A stretch of DNA of 64,000 bases from Patescibacteria group bacterium (GCA_038064515.1 JBBTSY010000004.1:32585-96584), one strand, 5' to 3'. Numbered from the stretch's first letter, positions 9,214-19,310 are shown. Translations and numbers: made by a program. The notes: a model not told the origin generated them from the sequence alone.

Positions 9214-10293
9214 TCAACGATTCAGCCACGCAGAGTCGTACCATTGCTTAGCAATAGCTCCTAATGTTACGAGGAAAAATACGAAACCTACGATCCAGCC
9301 TGCAAATGGCACGAGATATACGACGAACAGCGCGATAGTGCCTAAGATTGCCGTTTTCCAATTAACCGGAGCCGGATCACGCTTCATACCAACCTTCGCC
9401 AGCCAACTGCCAAACAGAATACCGGAGCCGACAGCCGACAATATCATCCACGCAATATAGCCAAACAAGGCGAGTATCGCGATAGGAATGCCGACAGCGG
9501 TAAAACCCACTAGAATGATTGCGACCGGAACCGCGATCATAACGAGAAATCCACGCAAAAGGCTTGGCCAGAAGTTGTTGATCCCCTGATGGACGACACG
9601 CGGCGCTTTCGTTTTGAAGATGAGCACCAAAAGAATCGCGGTAACGATAGCTAACAACAGCTTCGCAAAGAATGAGAATACGATGAGTGGACCAAAGGAT
9701 TGTCGTCGATCAAATCGCTGGATCTGATTGAAGGTGGTCGTCCCCGTAATACGCGCCCCTGAAGCGATGGTGGCCTCTTTCTTTGATTTGTATGACAGGT
9801 TTCCGGCAACTACGGCAGTATCGCCAAGTGTAACTTGGCCAGAAGTGATATTTACGTTTCCATCCACGCGGCCATCAACAATGACTTGCCCGCCGGCCAC
9901 CACCAGGTCACCGCTCACTACAGAGCCGGATGTTAGATGGACCTGTCCGCCAGCGACAAATAGATCATCAGCGATGGTACCATCTATTGAAACATTACCG
10001 CCGGCAACACGAGCGTCATCGCCTACCGATCCACCAAGGTTGATCGTCCCGCCGGCGAGAATTGCATCCTCTGCAACATCACCAGTCACGGAGAGATTGC
10101 CTCCGACAGCTATCAGATCACCTGAAACCACACCGGAAACGGTAATCGTCCCCGACGCAACATACAAATCGTCTGCCATCGTTTGTCCTCTGGCTAACGA
10201 GTAACTGTCGCCCGCTTTAAACGTAGCCGCCGTCGCAACTACCGGCCACACCAACAACACTGAAACTAAAACCAAACTAATGAGTTTTTTCAT
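9214..10293 (-). CDS. Exported beta-helix (bactofilin/DUF4097-like repeat) domain fused to a C-terminal polytopic membrane domain
   Basis: Signal peptide, then about 150 aa of G-x-V-x-V-x-G-D pentapeptide-like repeats, then 5 TM helices. Confidence 0.45.
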   Translation of the reverse strand: MKKLISLVLVSVLLVWPVVATAATFKAGDSYSLARGQTMADDLYVASGTITVSGVVSGDLIAVGGNLSVTGDVAEDAILAGGTINLGGSVGDDARVAGGNVSIDGTIADDLFVAGGQVHLTSGSVVSGDLVVAGGQVIVDGRVDGNVNITSGQVTLGDTAVVAGNLSYKSKKEATIASGARITGTTTFNQIQRFDRRQSFGPLIVFSFFAKLLLAIVTAILLVLIFKTKAPRVVHQGINNFWPSLLRGFLVMIAVPVAIILVGFTAVGIPIAILALFGYIAWMILSAVGSGILFGSWLAKVGMKRDPAPVNWKTAILGTIALFVVYLVPFAGWIVGFVFFLVTLGAIAKQWYDSAWLNR

Positions 10294-10337
10294 ATATGCT
10301 AATAATATTATTTTTTAAAACTGCTTACAAGTCTGAC

Positions 10338-10362
10338 AAAAAACCGCCTCACGGCGGTTTTT
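10338..10362. terminator. Bidirectional terminator hairpin
   Basis: aaaaaACCGCC-tcac-GGCGGTtttt. Confidence 0.65.
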
Positions 10363-10368
10363 AGAGAA

Positions 10369-10722
10369 CTATTCGTAGCGCAGGGCACGGATCGGATCGA
10401 GGCGGCTGGCTTTGAGAGATGGGAGCGCGCCGGCAATAAGTGCCAACGCGATGCCACCAGCAAGGATGCCCAGGAACGGCAAGATAGGAAAGGCGAGCAG
10501 TTGAAAGCCGACGAAGTCTTTCAGGAAGGTGTTCGTGGCAACACGATTACCTATCAAGCCAATGATGATACTAGAACCAATGCCGAGAGCTGAACCCCAG
10601 AAGCCGATACTCGCCGCTTCCAGAGAAAAAATAGTAAAAATCGTGCGGCGGTTGGCGCCGAGCGCTTTCATGAGTCCGATCTCCGAAGTTCGTTCGTTAA
10701 CTGCGTTTCTACTCATTGTCAA
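10369..10722 (-). pseudogene. C-terminal remnant (TM3-TM4) of an FtsX/MacB-type ABC-transporter permease
   Basis: Carries RTSEIGLMKALGA and the C-terminal ASRLDPIRALRYE FtsX-domain motifs. Only 117 aa remain. There is no room upstream for TM1, the extracytoplasmic domain or TM2, because the M23 gene starts 39 nt away on the other strand. Confidence 0.6.
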
Positions 10723-10760
10723 TGCTGGAAAATATCCTCAACAACCCTTAGAATACCCTT

Positions 10761-11383
10761 GTGATGAAAAAGGCTTTCGTAGTAATCGTAATAGTTATTC
10801 TTACCGCGTTATTTTTCTGGTTTTTCGCCAAGAAGAGCGTAGCGCCAGAGCCACTAGAAACAGGCAAAAACTTTAGCCCGAGTCCGTCGGTAGGCGCGAT
10901 AACTAATGGTAATAAAGCTACCTGGGTTGCGCCCATTAGTAATGTCCGTGAGCGCATCACCAAAAAACCATTCGGTATTTTCGTGTCTCCTGCCGATTCA
11001 CCAGTCAGTCGGAAAAATTTACCGGTTATCATACCGGCGTTGATTTTGAAATATTTCCCGGTGAAGAAAATTCCTCTGTACCCGTGTATGCACTTTGTAG
11101 CGGCCCTTTACTTGAGAAAATTACGGCAAGCGGATATGGCGGCGTCGCTGTTCAAGAATACGAACTAAACAATCAACCGGTTACCGTAGTATACGGGCAC
11201 GTAAAACTTTCGAGCATTTCCATAAAATCCGGTCAGCAACTTAAAGCGGGCGACAAACTTGCCGTTTTGGGCGAGGGATTTAGCGCAGAAACCGGAGGAG
11301 AGCGAAAGCATTTACACATCGGCATACATAAAGGCGCTGGAAGGCGCTGGCGTGGATCTACGGGGATATGTGCAAAACCCTGA
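10761..11383 (+). pseudogene. Membrane-anchored M23 (LytM-type) peptidase, interrupted by a -1 frameshift in an A5 run at 11013-11017
   Basis: Frame 0 gives the TM anchor plus ...FGIFVSPADSPVSRK. The +2 frame continues ...FTGYHTGVDF...VVYGHV...GDKLAVLG...KHLHIGIHKG, a complete M23 core. Adding one A restores a single 207 aa ORF. Confidence 0.65.
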
Positions 11384-11429
11384 CACATTAACCGGCTGGA
11401 TAAACTTTGCCGACTATATACAATAGCGT

Positions 11430-11891
11430 ATGAAATGGAAGCATCCGCCAGTTATTAAAATTTACGAAGCTTTAGGCTCGGTTGCTGACGGCCGGGTAGA
11501 AGTTTCCGGCAATACCGCTAAAGTTTTTTCATCGAGCGGTAATAAATTCTACACTATTTCTTATGATCCGAAAAAACGAGCCATTATGGCCAATGATAAT
11601 GGCTCATATTGGAAGGGCTATCTCGGGTATCCATCTATTGCTTTTCTTCTTAAGATTGGCTTGCTTGAATTCCGTCCGGATTTAGCAAGTCTTCTGAAAG
11701 GAATCCGATGGAAAGACATAAATCAAAAATTTAAGAATGATTTTGGTAAGACGCTAGCATATATTGAGACATTTTTAGATACAGAATATAAGAAGAGTCT
11801 CGCGGATTATGTAAAAATTGTTGATAAGAAAATCAGCGCACTTAATCTTGGCCTACTTGGCACCAAAACTACTCCCCCAGGAGGTTACTAA
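11430..11891 (+). CDS. Hypothetical protein, 153 aa
   Basis: ORF with no motifs I recognise. Its stop overlaps the SD of murB. Confidence 0.4.
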   Translation: MKWKHPPVIKIYEALGSVADGRVEVSGNTAKVFSSSGNKFYTISYDPKKRAIMANDNGSYWKGYLGYPSIAFLLKIGLLEFRPDLASLLKGIRWKDINQKFKNDFGKTLAYIETFLDTEYKKSLADYVKIVDKKISALNLGLLGTKTTPPGGY

Positions 11892-11892
11892 T

Positions 11893-12924
11893 ATGAAAAT
11901 CGGGGAAAATATATTTTTAGCCCCCTACACCACGTTTAAGATTGGCGGAAAGGCTAAATTTTTTATCGAAGCAAAGCACATAGACGACGTAAAGGATGGA
12001 ATTAAATTCGCGGAACAAAAAGGCCTGCCCTTTTTTATTTTAGGTGGCGGAAGTAATATTTTAATCTCCGACAAAGGTTTTTGCGGTCTTGTCATTCGGG
12101 TCAGTATCCGGGGAATTCAACGTGACAAAAATATTCTTCAGATTGGCGCCGGCCACAACTGGGATAATGTTGTCGCATATGCTGTCCGCGAGAATCTCTC
12201 GGGCATTGAGAACCTCTCACTTATTCCTGGGACTATAGGAGGAGCTGTGTTCCAGAATATCGGAGCATACGGCGCCGAACTGTCGGATGTTATCACGTCC
12301 GTTGTTGCGTTAAATACGACAACTGGAAAAATAGAGAAGCTTTCACATAAAGAGTGCCGTTTCGGATATCGCAAGAGTATTTTCCAGGAGCATTCCGGCG
12401 AGCTGGTCATTCTAAAGGCGATAATAAGACTGTCTCCAAAATTTAAACCCAATCTTTCATATCATGATATTAAAGAATATTTCCACAATCGGGCCGTTAC
12501 TCTTAGCACGATAAGGAAAGCTGTCATCAGTATTCGTCGAGCGAAATTGCCGTATCCCGACACAATAGCCAATGCGGGATCATTTTTTAAAAATCCGATT
12601 ATTTCCAATGCCCGAGGCATAACGCTGATAAAAAAGCATCCTGAATTGAAACAAAAGAAGGCGAAAGGCGGCATCAAACTTTCCGCCGGGCAACTCATCG
12701 AACTTACAAAATGGAAGGGCCGGCGTATAGACAATGTCGGGGTATCCGATAAACACTCACTGGTATTGGTAAATTATAATAATGGTACGGCTGAAGAAAT
12801 TGTAAACCTTGCCCGCAAGATTCAGAATAGCGTACTTAGGCGATTTAGTGTTCGCCTCGAACCGGAAGTCGTAATCCTAAATTACAAACCTAGCCGGATA
12901 GCCACTGGAACTGTTATTTTTTAG
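11893..12924 (+). CDS. murB: UDP-N-acetylenolpyruvoylglucosamine reductase
   Basis: FAD-binding N-terminal domain (FKIGGKAKFF, ILGGGSNIL). AGGAGG SD 8 nt upstream of the ATG at 11893. Confidence 0.85.
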   Translation: MKIGENIFLAPYTTFKIGGKAKFFIEAKHIDDVKDGIKFAEQKGLPFFILGGGSNILISDKGFCGLVIRVSIRGIQRDKNILQIGAGHNWDNVVAYAVRENLSGIENLSLIPGTIGGAVFQNIGAYGAELSDVITSVVALNTTTGKIEKLSHKECRFGYRKSIFQEHSGELVILKAIIRLSPKFKPNLSYHDIKEYFHNRAVTLSTIRKAVISIRRAKLPYPDTIANAGSFFKNPIISNARGITLIKKHPELKQKKAKGGIKLSAGQLIELTKWKGRRIDNVGVSDKHSLVLVNYNNGTAEEIVNLARKIQNSVLRRFSVRLEPEVVILNYKPSRIATGTVIF

Positions 12925-12963
12925 TATATTAGTATACAATGAGTTCGAGTATCAATTAAAACT

Positions 12964-13410
12964 ATGTTCATGGATAAATTCATTGAGCAGTTGGATCTGT
13001 ATTTTGGTAAGAAGGCGCCTCAATTACCAAGGGGCATTAAGGAGTTCCTCGTCAAAATCGCACCATACTTAGCAATAATTAGTGTCGCTCTCTTTGCTAT
13101 TAGTATCTTTCCCCTTCTCACTGCCGGTTTCGGCTCTCTAGGCGCGGTTGGATATTACGGCGCTGGATTCTCGAGAACAGGCTTATTTGTCCACTTGATA
13201 GTGTCGGTTATTGTTTCGGTAATCTACCTTATGGCCATTCCGGGGCTCTTCAAAAGATCAATTCGCTCCTGGAACCTCATCTTCTATGCAACACTTATTA
13301 CCGCCATTGGTAGTTTACTTACTTTCAGTATTGCCAGTCTTATCCTCGGTCTACTCATCGGATTCTATGTGTTGTTTCAGGTTCGAACATACTATACGGG
13401 ACAACACTAA
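12964..13410 (+). CDS. Hypothetical 4-TM membrane protein
   Basis: Hydrophobicity pattern only. Confidence 0.4.
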   Translation: MFMDKFIEQLDLYFGKKAPQLPRGIKEFLVKIAPYLAIISVALFAISIFPLLTAGFGSLGAVGYYGAGFSRTGLFVHLIVSVIVSVIYLMAIPGLFKRSIRSWNLIFYATLITAIGSLLTFSIASLILGLLIGFYVLFQVRTYYTGQH

Positions 13411-14336
13411 AGTCCCCAGACTAAAACATGCGTGAGGTCTAGCAGATTAAAATATTTTTGATAAGCTGTGAACAGTTTATCATCCTTTTCCCCAAGAGTA
13501 TGGCCTTTAGCTCTCGAATAGATATCTAAAAAATTAGTCTCTTTAAGAGAAGAGCAAAGCCTTGCCACATCCCAAAGGTAGTTTCTAAACCCGACACTTC
13601 CAAAGTCAAGAAATGCAATTCTCTTGTCCGCCGTAAGGATAAAATTTGACGGGTTAAAATCACCGTGACTAAGAACTTTGCTAAGGCCGATTTCTGGTTC
13701 CGCAATTTGATCTAATTCTTTACATACTTCTATAAATTGACTGTGTATAAATTGAGAGCGAGGGTGCTGCTGTTTTTCTAAAATACTAATATTCTTATTC
13801 AAATCCGCAAAATTAGCCCTCGCTTCATATTCAAAACTGGGCAGGATTTTAATTTTTTGAAACTCAATCAGGCTAAGCGCCAAAGGTTCGGCAATGTTAT
13901 CAGGCAGTCCATTCTCCTGCTTAATAATTTGTCCCAACGTTTCACCTTCAACATATTCTCGAAGATATAAGCCGTGCGATTGAATAAATACATATGATTT
14001 CGGTATTTTTAAAAACCGGGCTGGATTTTTTGAAAGTTCGGTCGTAATAGATTTTCCAATTTCGTAATCTCTCTTCTTTTTAAGCGTAGGGTGAGCTGAA
14101 GCAAAAATCTTTTTGACAGTGATATCGCCATCAAAAGTCTTGATCTTTAGTTTATAAACGGCGACAAGACTAAAACTTTCAGAATCAAGATAAGTCTTTA
14201 TTGGCTTTATTCTCACTTCTAAAATCTCACCGAGATCTCCGATAGTTTTGATGTAGCCCTGCAGTATTTTTCTTACTTTAGTGCCATTAAGGAGCCCATT
14301 GAGCTTATCTTCATTAATATTCATTAAAAAAGTCAA
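13407..14336 (-). CDS. Phosphotransferase-family kinase (APH/choline-kinase fold)
   Basis: HGDFNPSNFIL catalytic loop and the DFG motif. It is adjacent to the alpha-glucan genes. Confidence 0.6.
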   Translation of the reverse strand: MTFLMNINEDKLNGLLNGTKVRKILQGYIKTIGDLGEILEVRIKPIKTYLDSESFSLVAVYKLKIKTFDGDITVKKIFASAHPTLKKKRDYEIGKSITTELSKNPARFLKIPKSYVFIQSHGLYLREYVEGETLGQIIKQENGLPDNIAEPLALSLIEFQKIKILPSFEYEARANFADLNKNISILEKQQHPRSQFIHSQFIEVCKELDQIAEPEIGLSKVLSHGDFNPSNFILTADKRIAFLDFGSVGFRNYLWDVARLCSSLKETNFLDIYSRAKGHTLGEKDDKLFTAYQKYFNLLDLTHVLVWGL

Positions 14337-15827
14337 TTATCCTCTTTGTTCAGGCTGGCCGCCGCGAATTTCCCGATACTTTTGTTTATATTTTCCAATT
14401 ATTTCCTCGACTTCATAGTTCGGAATCTCTAGGCGTAAAAGGTCAATTGCATGCAAAGTGTCATAAATATCGGATTTATTCTCTATTTTCCAGACCGCAT
14501 CCCGCCATAAAATAGCTTTTTCATATTCACTCCTGTTTGCTGCTTCTTTTTCCAAACGTTTAAGCATATCGATAAAAGCATGATATTTTATTGCTTCTTC
14601 TCCCCCCTGCTCGAGGGTTCTTTCTTTAAAAGGTATGCGGTTTATGTTTTCTCTGGCATGAAGTATGTTGTAGATTTTCCCGCTCTCCTTCCATTGGAAA
14701 GCAGTAGAAATAATCTTTTCATACAAAAACGACGCTTTTTCCGTTGTATCATGGCTGATTCCGGGAATATTTTTTATAACCGAATGACACAATACGGCTC
14801 CGCGCACAATCTCCTCTAGGCTCCACCATGGTTTTCCCGATGCCCACCAAAACTGGTCGCTTGATAGAGCTTTGTCCAATGTCTTGCGTATTTCTTGATA
14901 ACCGGGATGCTCCTTGTCCATGGCATACACGCTACTTACGGCAAGGTCGACAAGATCCCGCTGCCAATGATGAATCTCGTTTTCGGGATCGTCCCAAGAT
15001 AAAAATTGAATACCTTTTTTAATATCTTCTTCGCTTGATGCCCAAGTTGATTTTACGGGCCTAACTTCCTGCGTATCAGGATACAAATCAAGCAAATCTG
15101 AAACTTTGACTAAATCAAGTTCCGGTGTTTGAAAAAACTCAAACAACATCTTATCAAGTCCAGGTCGATGATGACCGAAGGTTTCACCATCCATGCCGGT
15201 AAGCAAGTAGTGATTTTTTTTCAAATCGTCCCTAAAAACTTCTTTGAAAGACTCAAAGGATCGTACCGCTGCGCTCATAATTAAGTTACTTGGGCCTCTT
15301 TCCCTAAAGAATACCGAGAGATCGGTTCCTTTAATTTTATATGTCTTATTATAATCAACCTGACCAGTTTTACCGTTGTAAGCGATTTCATCTATAATAA
15401 TCCACTTGTAGCCAAACTGCTGAACTATGGGAACTATTTTTTCATCATAGGCCATTTCTGGAGGGAAAAATCCCTCCGGCCGATAGTGGTTATCTATATA
15501 AAATTTAAGGGTGGATTCATTTTCTTCAATCTGCCTTATTATTTCTTGCTCGGATAGAAATGGAAGGAGAGCGTGGTATTTAGCCGAACCGGTGAGTTCA
15601 AGTCGGCCTCCTTTTACAAGATCACGTATTATCTCAATTAAATCCCAGTATCCATGAGCATCAAACATTTCCAAAAGCACACCACTTATATTCATTGTTA
15701 GTCTGGTCCTTTGATTTTTTTTGACACCTTCTAAAATAGGACGATAACTCTGGACTACTACAGCCTCAAGAATATCCGGCTGTTGTCCAGCCGGCTGGTA
15801 TATATGTAGAAAATTAGCCCACTTCAT
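14337..15827 (-). CDS. Glycoside hydrolase family 57 (alpha-glucan-active)
   Basis: NFLHIYQP (HQP-type) N-terminus and GRLELTGSAKYHALLPFL. Confidence 0.7.
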   Translation of the reverse strand: MKWANFLHIYQPAGQQPDILEAVVVQSYRPILEGVKKNQRTRLTMNISGVLLEMFDAHGYWDLIEIIRDLVKGGRLELTGSAKYHALLPFLSEQEIIRQIEENESTLKFYIDNHYRPEGFFPPEMAYDEKIVPIVQQFGYKWIIIDEIAYNGKTGQVDYNKTYKIKGTDLSVFFRERGPSNLIMSAAVRSFESFKEVFRDDLKKNHYLLTGMDGETFGHHRPGLDKMLFEFFQTPELDLVKVSDLLDLYPDTQEVRPVKSTWASSEEDIKKGIQFLSWDDPENEIHHWQRDLVDLAVSSVYAMDKEHPGYQEIRKTLDKALSSDQFWWASGKPWWSLEEIVRGAVLCHSVIKNIPGISHDTTEKASFLYEKIISTAFQWKESGKIYNILHARENINRIPFKERTLEQGGEEAIKYHAFIDMLKRLEKEAANRSEYEKAILWRDAVWKIENKSDIYDTLHAIDLLRLEIPNYEVEEIIGKYKQKYREIRGGQPEQRG

Positions 15828-17319
15828 CTATTTTTTCTTTATGGAATCTCAGCGCCATTTCAAAAAGTTTCATATATTCGGCAGCGGATTTCTTCCAAGA
15901 AAAATCTTGAGTCATAGCGCTTTTAATAATCTTGGACCAGAAATTCTTTTGGCGATAAATTTGATATGCCCTGACCATGGCAATGGTAAGAGAAAACGGA
16001 TCGAATTTTTCAAACACAAAACCAGTTCCTTTGCCTGTTTCAGGATTAAAATCCTCAACTGAATCAGCAAGACCGCCCACCTTACGGACTATGGGTATGG
16101 CCCCGTAGCGCATCGCCTCCATCTGAACCAAACCGCAAGGTTCAGATTTGGAAGGCAACAGAACCACATCAGCACCACCAAGAACAAGCCTGGTCAAACG
16201 GGAATCAAATGCAAAATGTACGCCCACCCTATCCGGGTATTTTTTCTTTAAATCTTCAAAGAATAAACGATATTGAGGGTTACCTTCGCCAGTCACGATA
16301 AGTTGCAAATCTAAATTTTGCATAAATTGATCCAGCATTTGGATTAAGATATCGAAACCTTTTTGTTCGTCCATGCGAGAGACAATACCGGCAACAAATC
16401 TGTTTTCATTAACTTCAATCCCAAACTGTTTTTGAAGAACTATCTTATTTTCCTTCTTTTTCTCAATAGTCTTGGAGTTGTAATTAACATCCAAGTCTGG
16501 ATCTGTTTCTGGATTAAGGGAATCTACATCGATACCGTTTAAAATTCCAAATAAGCGGCTTTTTCTTTCATTCAGAAGTTTATCTAAATGGTTACCAAAT
16601 TCTTCAGAAAGAATTTCTTTTGAATACGTGGGCGATACTGTATTAATCACATCCGCATAAAATATGCCCCTCTTCATCCCATTTAGTTTTATTATTCTCT
16701 CATGAGGGATGGACGGTATAGGTTGCTGACCATCATCATAGTCCATTTCGCTGACAAACTGGGGATCAAACATTCCTTGATATCTAAGATTATGAATTGA
16801 AAATACTGTTGTTATGTCCTTTAAAACTGGGTCGTTTTTGTATTCAGTATGCAGATAATTTGGAATAAAACCGGCCTGCCAGTCGCAAGCCACAATTATG
16901 TCAGGTTTCCACTCTGAATGCTTTAAAAATTCAAGAACTCCTTTGGACAAAAGAACCCATCGGATAGTATCGTCTCCATAACCGTAAACATTGGCTCTTT
17001 TTTCGTAGTACTCCATATTTTCAAGGAAATAGGTAACGCCTCCGTTCTCTTCACTTTTTAGAACATTTGAAGTTAAAATACCATGTGGATCGGTTTCGGG
17101 AGTGCCTAAATTAAGACCCTTCAACTCTAAGGTCATATTATACTTTTCTGCATCAATGCTTGCATACTTAGGGACCATTACTCTTGCATCACACCCCAGA
17201 TCCCTAAGAGCTTTGGGCAAAGAATACATAATCTCGCCTAACCCGCCAACTTTCACGAACGGGGCTGCTTCAGATGCAACAAACAGAATTTTATATCCGG
17301 TAGTTTTAGGAAGATTCAT
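15814..17319 (-). CDS. glgA: Glycogen/starch synthase (GT5)
   Basis: KVGGLGEIM motif. 501 aa. Confidence 0.85.
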   Translation of the reverse strand: MNLPKTTGYKILFVASEAAPFVKVGGLGEIMYSLPKALRDLGCDARVMVPKYASIDAEKYNMTLELKGLNLGTPETDPHGILTSNVLKSEENGGVTYFLENMEYYEKRANVYGYGDDTIRWVLLSKGVLEFLKHSEWKPDIIVACDWQAGFIPNYLHTEYKNDPVLKDITTVFSIHNLRYQGMFDPQFVSEMDYDDGQQPIPSIPHERIIKLNGMKRGIFYADVINTVSPTYSKEILSEEFGNHLDKLLNERKSRLFGILNGIDVDSLNPETDPDLDVNYNSKTIEKKKENKIVLQKQFGIEVNENRFVAGIVSRMDEQKGFDILIQMLDQFMQNLDLQLIVTGEGNPQYRLFFEDLKKKYPDRVGVHFAFDSRLTRLVLGGADVVLLPSKSEPCGLVQMEAMRYGAIPIVRKVGGLADSVEDFNPETGKGTGFVFEKFDPFSLTIAMVRAYQIYRQKNFWSKIIKSAMTQDFSWKKSAAEYMKLFEMALRFHKEKIDEVG

Positions 17320-17430
17320 GTTAATTATATTAGCACCATTTAGTCTTTTAGTACATTGATTTATCCCTCTATCTTTAAAAATAAATCTAAAAGTGATATG
17401 ATAAGAACACTAACTAATTAACTTATAATT

Positions 17431-17922
17431 ATGGAACAAAACATGCCAGAAGAACGTATGGGAATTTCGAAAGTAGTCATCTTTATTGTCATTCTCCTTA
17501 TTGCGGGAATAGTATATTGGGTAGTTAATTCCAGGGAGTCCTCTTCTCCGACGCTAGGTATAAGTCCGACAACGACTCCTACCGTTACGCCGACCGTATC
17601 ACCTACCAAAAGCGGCACACCGACAATAACTCCTACAAATTAAAGCGCCATAAAGACGTTTACCGTGACTGCGAGCAATTTTACTTTTTCACTTAAGGAA
17701 ATTAAAGTAAAGAAGGGCGACAAGGTGAAGATCATCCTCCAGAATACCGGAGGCACGCATGACTGGGTAATCGATGAATTCAATGCCCGCACAGCCCGGA
17801 TTGGAAACGGCCAGACCGCCACGGCAGAATTCACCGCCGATAAGACCGGCCGGTTCGAATACTATTGTTCTGTCGATACTCATCGCGCTATGGGCATGAA
17901 GGGAACGCTCATCGTTGAATAG
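17431..17922 (+). pseudogene. Membrane-anchored type-1 copper (cupredoxin) protein split by an in-frame TAA at 17641-17643
   Basis: The ORFs 17431-17643 (TM anchor plus PT-rich linker) and 17665-17922 (cupredoxin: HDW...YYCSVDTHRAMGM, His/Cys/His/Met ligands) are in the same frame. The first beta-strand KTFTVTASNFTF spans the gap, so a GTG restart would truncate the fold. Confidence 0.55.
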
Positions 17923-18004
17923 GACGTAACGCTCAAAAGACTTTTGCGGCTAGATTCTCAAAGAGGTTTCTTTTTATGTACTACGACTTGGGTGAGTGTG
18001 AGGG

Positions 18005-18033
18005 TTGACAATTTAATATTTCTGATATATAAT
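18005..18033 (+). promoter_or_regulatory. Sigma-70-type promoter: TTGACA, 17 nt spacer, TATAAT
   Basis: TTGACA at 18005-18010 and TATAAT at 18028-18033, about 60 nt upstream of the DEAD-box helicase gene. Confidence 0.55.
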
Positions 18034-18093
18034 TAACTTCCTCAATAGATTCTCTGGTAGCCAGTAGCGCATCCGGCGTCTCTTATAGGAATC

Positions 18094-19290
18094 ATGGCAA
18101 CAAGAAATTTTAGCCGACCATCTTTCGGTCGCCGACCGAACTTCAGACGAGCTCGCCCTTCGTTTTCCCGAGGCGGTTTTAAGGGTCAAGGAATCGACAC
18201 ATCTCGCTTCGTTAATAAAGCAGTGATTACTGAACAGGTCGAGCATTTCGTGCCCGAGCACGCTTTTACTGATTTTGCCATTAACGAACGGCTCAAAGCG
18301 AACATTCTGATTAAAGGATATGGCACGCCCACGCCAATCCAGGATAAAACAATTCCCCACATCCTCCGCGGATCAGATATCGTAGGCATTGCTAATACCG
18401 GCACCGGCAAAACGGCCGCTTTCCTTATCCCCTTGCTTCATAAGGTTCTTCTGAATCCGATGGCTAATATCCTTATCGTTGTCCCCACGCGTGAGCTCGC
18501 TATCCAGATCGACAAAGAACTCCAAGACTTCGCAAAAAACTTGCGGATTTTTTCCGTCTGCTGTGTCGGAGGAGCAAGTATCGGCCGCCAGATTTCGGAG
18601 TTGCGCCGCGGAGGCAATTTCATTATTGGCACGCCTGGACGATTAAAAGACCTCATCGAGCGCCGTCACATCAATCTCTCTAAATTTAAAACAATCGTGC
18701 TGGATGAAGCTGACCGCATGCTTGATATGGGCTTTATCGCCGATATGCGCTTCCTTATGGCCGGCATGCCATCGCCTCGCCACACGCTTTTCTTCTCCGC
18801 CACCATCTCTCATGAAATTGAAGGCTTGATCCGAGAATTTCTTCGCGATCCGGTTCGTATTTCAGTAAAAACACATGATACTCCAACGAACGTAGACCAG
18901 GACGTCGTAAAAATCAGCAAAGGAGACACTAAGCTCAATGTGCTGTTCAATCTCTTATCGCAGTCGGAATTCAGCAAAGTGCTTATCTTTGGCAGAACTA
19001 AACATGGCGTTGACAAGCTCTCTCACGTCCTTGTGCAAAAAGGCTTTAAGGCAGAATGTATCCACGGCGATAAAAACCAATCTCGACGCCAGAAGGCTCT
19101 TGATCTGTTTAAGCGCGATCACGTTCAGATCTTAGTTGCCACCGATGTCGCCGCTCGCGGCCTCGATATCGCCGGCGTCAGCCACGTCATTAACTATGAC
19201 CTCCCGGCAACCTATGATGATTATGTACACCGCATCGGACGAACCGGGCGTGCAGGACAAAAGGGGAAGGCAATTACATTTATCGAGTAA
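18094..19290 (+). CDS. DEAD-box ATP-dependent RNA helicase with an RG-rich N-terminus
   Basis: Q-motif, GTGKTAAF, DEAD (VLDEADRM), SAT and HRIGRTGR. Confidence 0.9.
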   Translation: MATRNFSRPSFGRRPNFRRARPSFSRGGFKGQGIDTSRFVNKAVITEQVEHFVPEHAFTDFAINERLKANILIKGYGTPTPIQDKTIPHILRGSDIVGIANTGTGKTAAFLIPLLHKVLLNPMANILIVVPTRELAIQIDKELQDFAKNLRIFSVCCVGGASIGRQISELRRGGNFIIGTPGRLKDLIERRHINLSKFKTIVLDEADRMLDMGFIADMRFLMAGMPSPRHTLFFSATISHEIEGLIREFLRDPVRISVKTHDTPTNVDQDVVKISKGDTKLNVLFNLLSQSEFSKVLIFGRTKHGVDKLSHVLVQKGFKAECIHGDKNQSRRQKALDLFKRDHVQILVATDVAARGLDIAGVSHVINYDLPATYDDYVHRIGRTGRAGQKGKAITFIE

Positions 19291-19310
19291 GGTATACTCT
19301 ATCTATATCT

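Noticed and set aside
9728-10204. 158 aa Pro/Thr/Ser-rich ORF
   Set aside because: It is antisense to the beta-helix repeat gene. Its composition reflects the repeat DNA.
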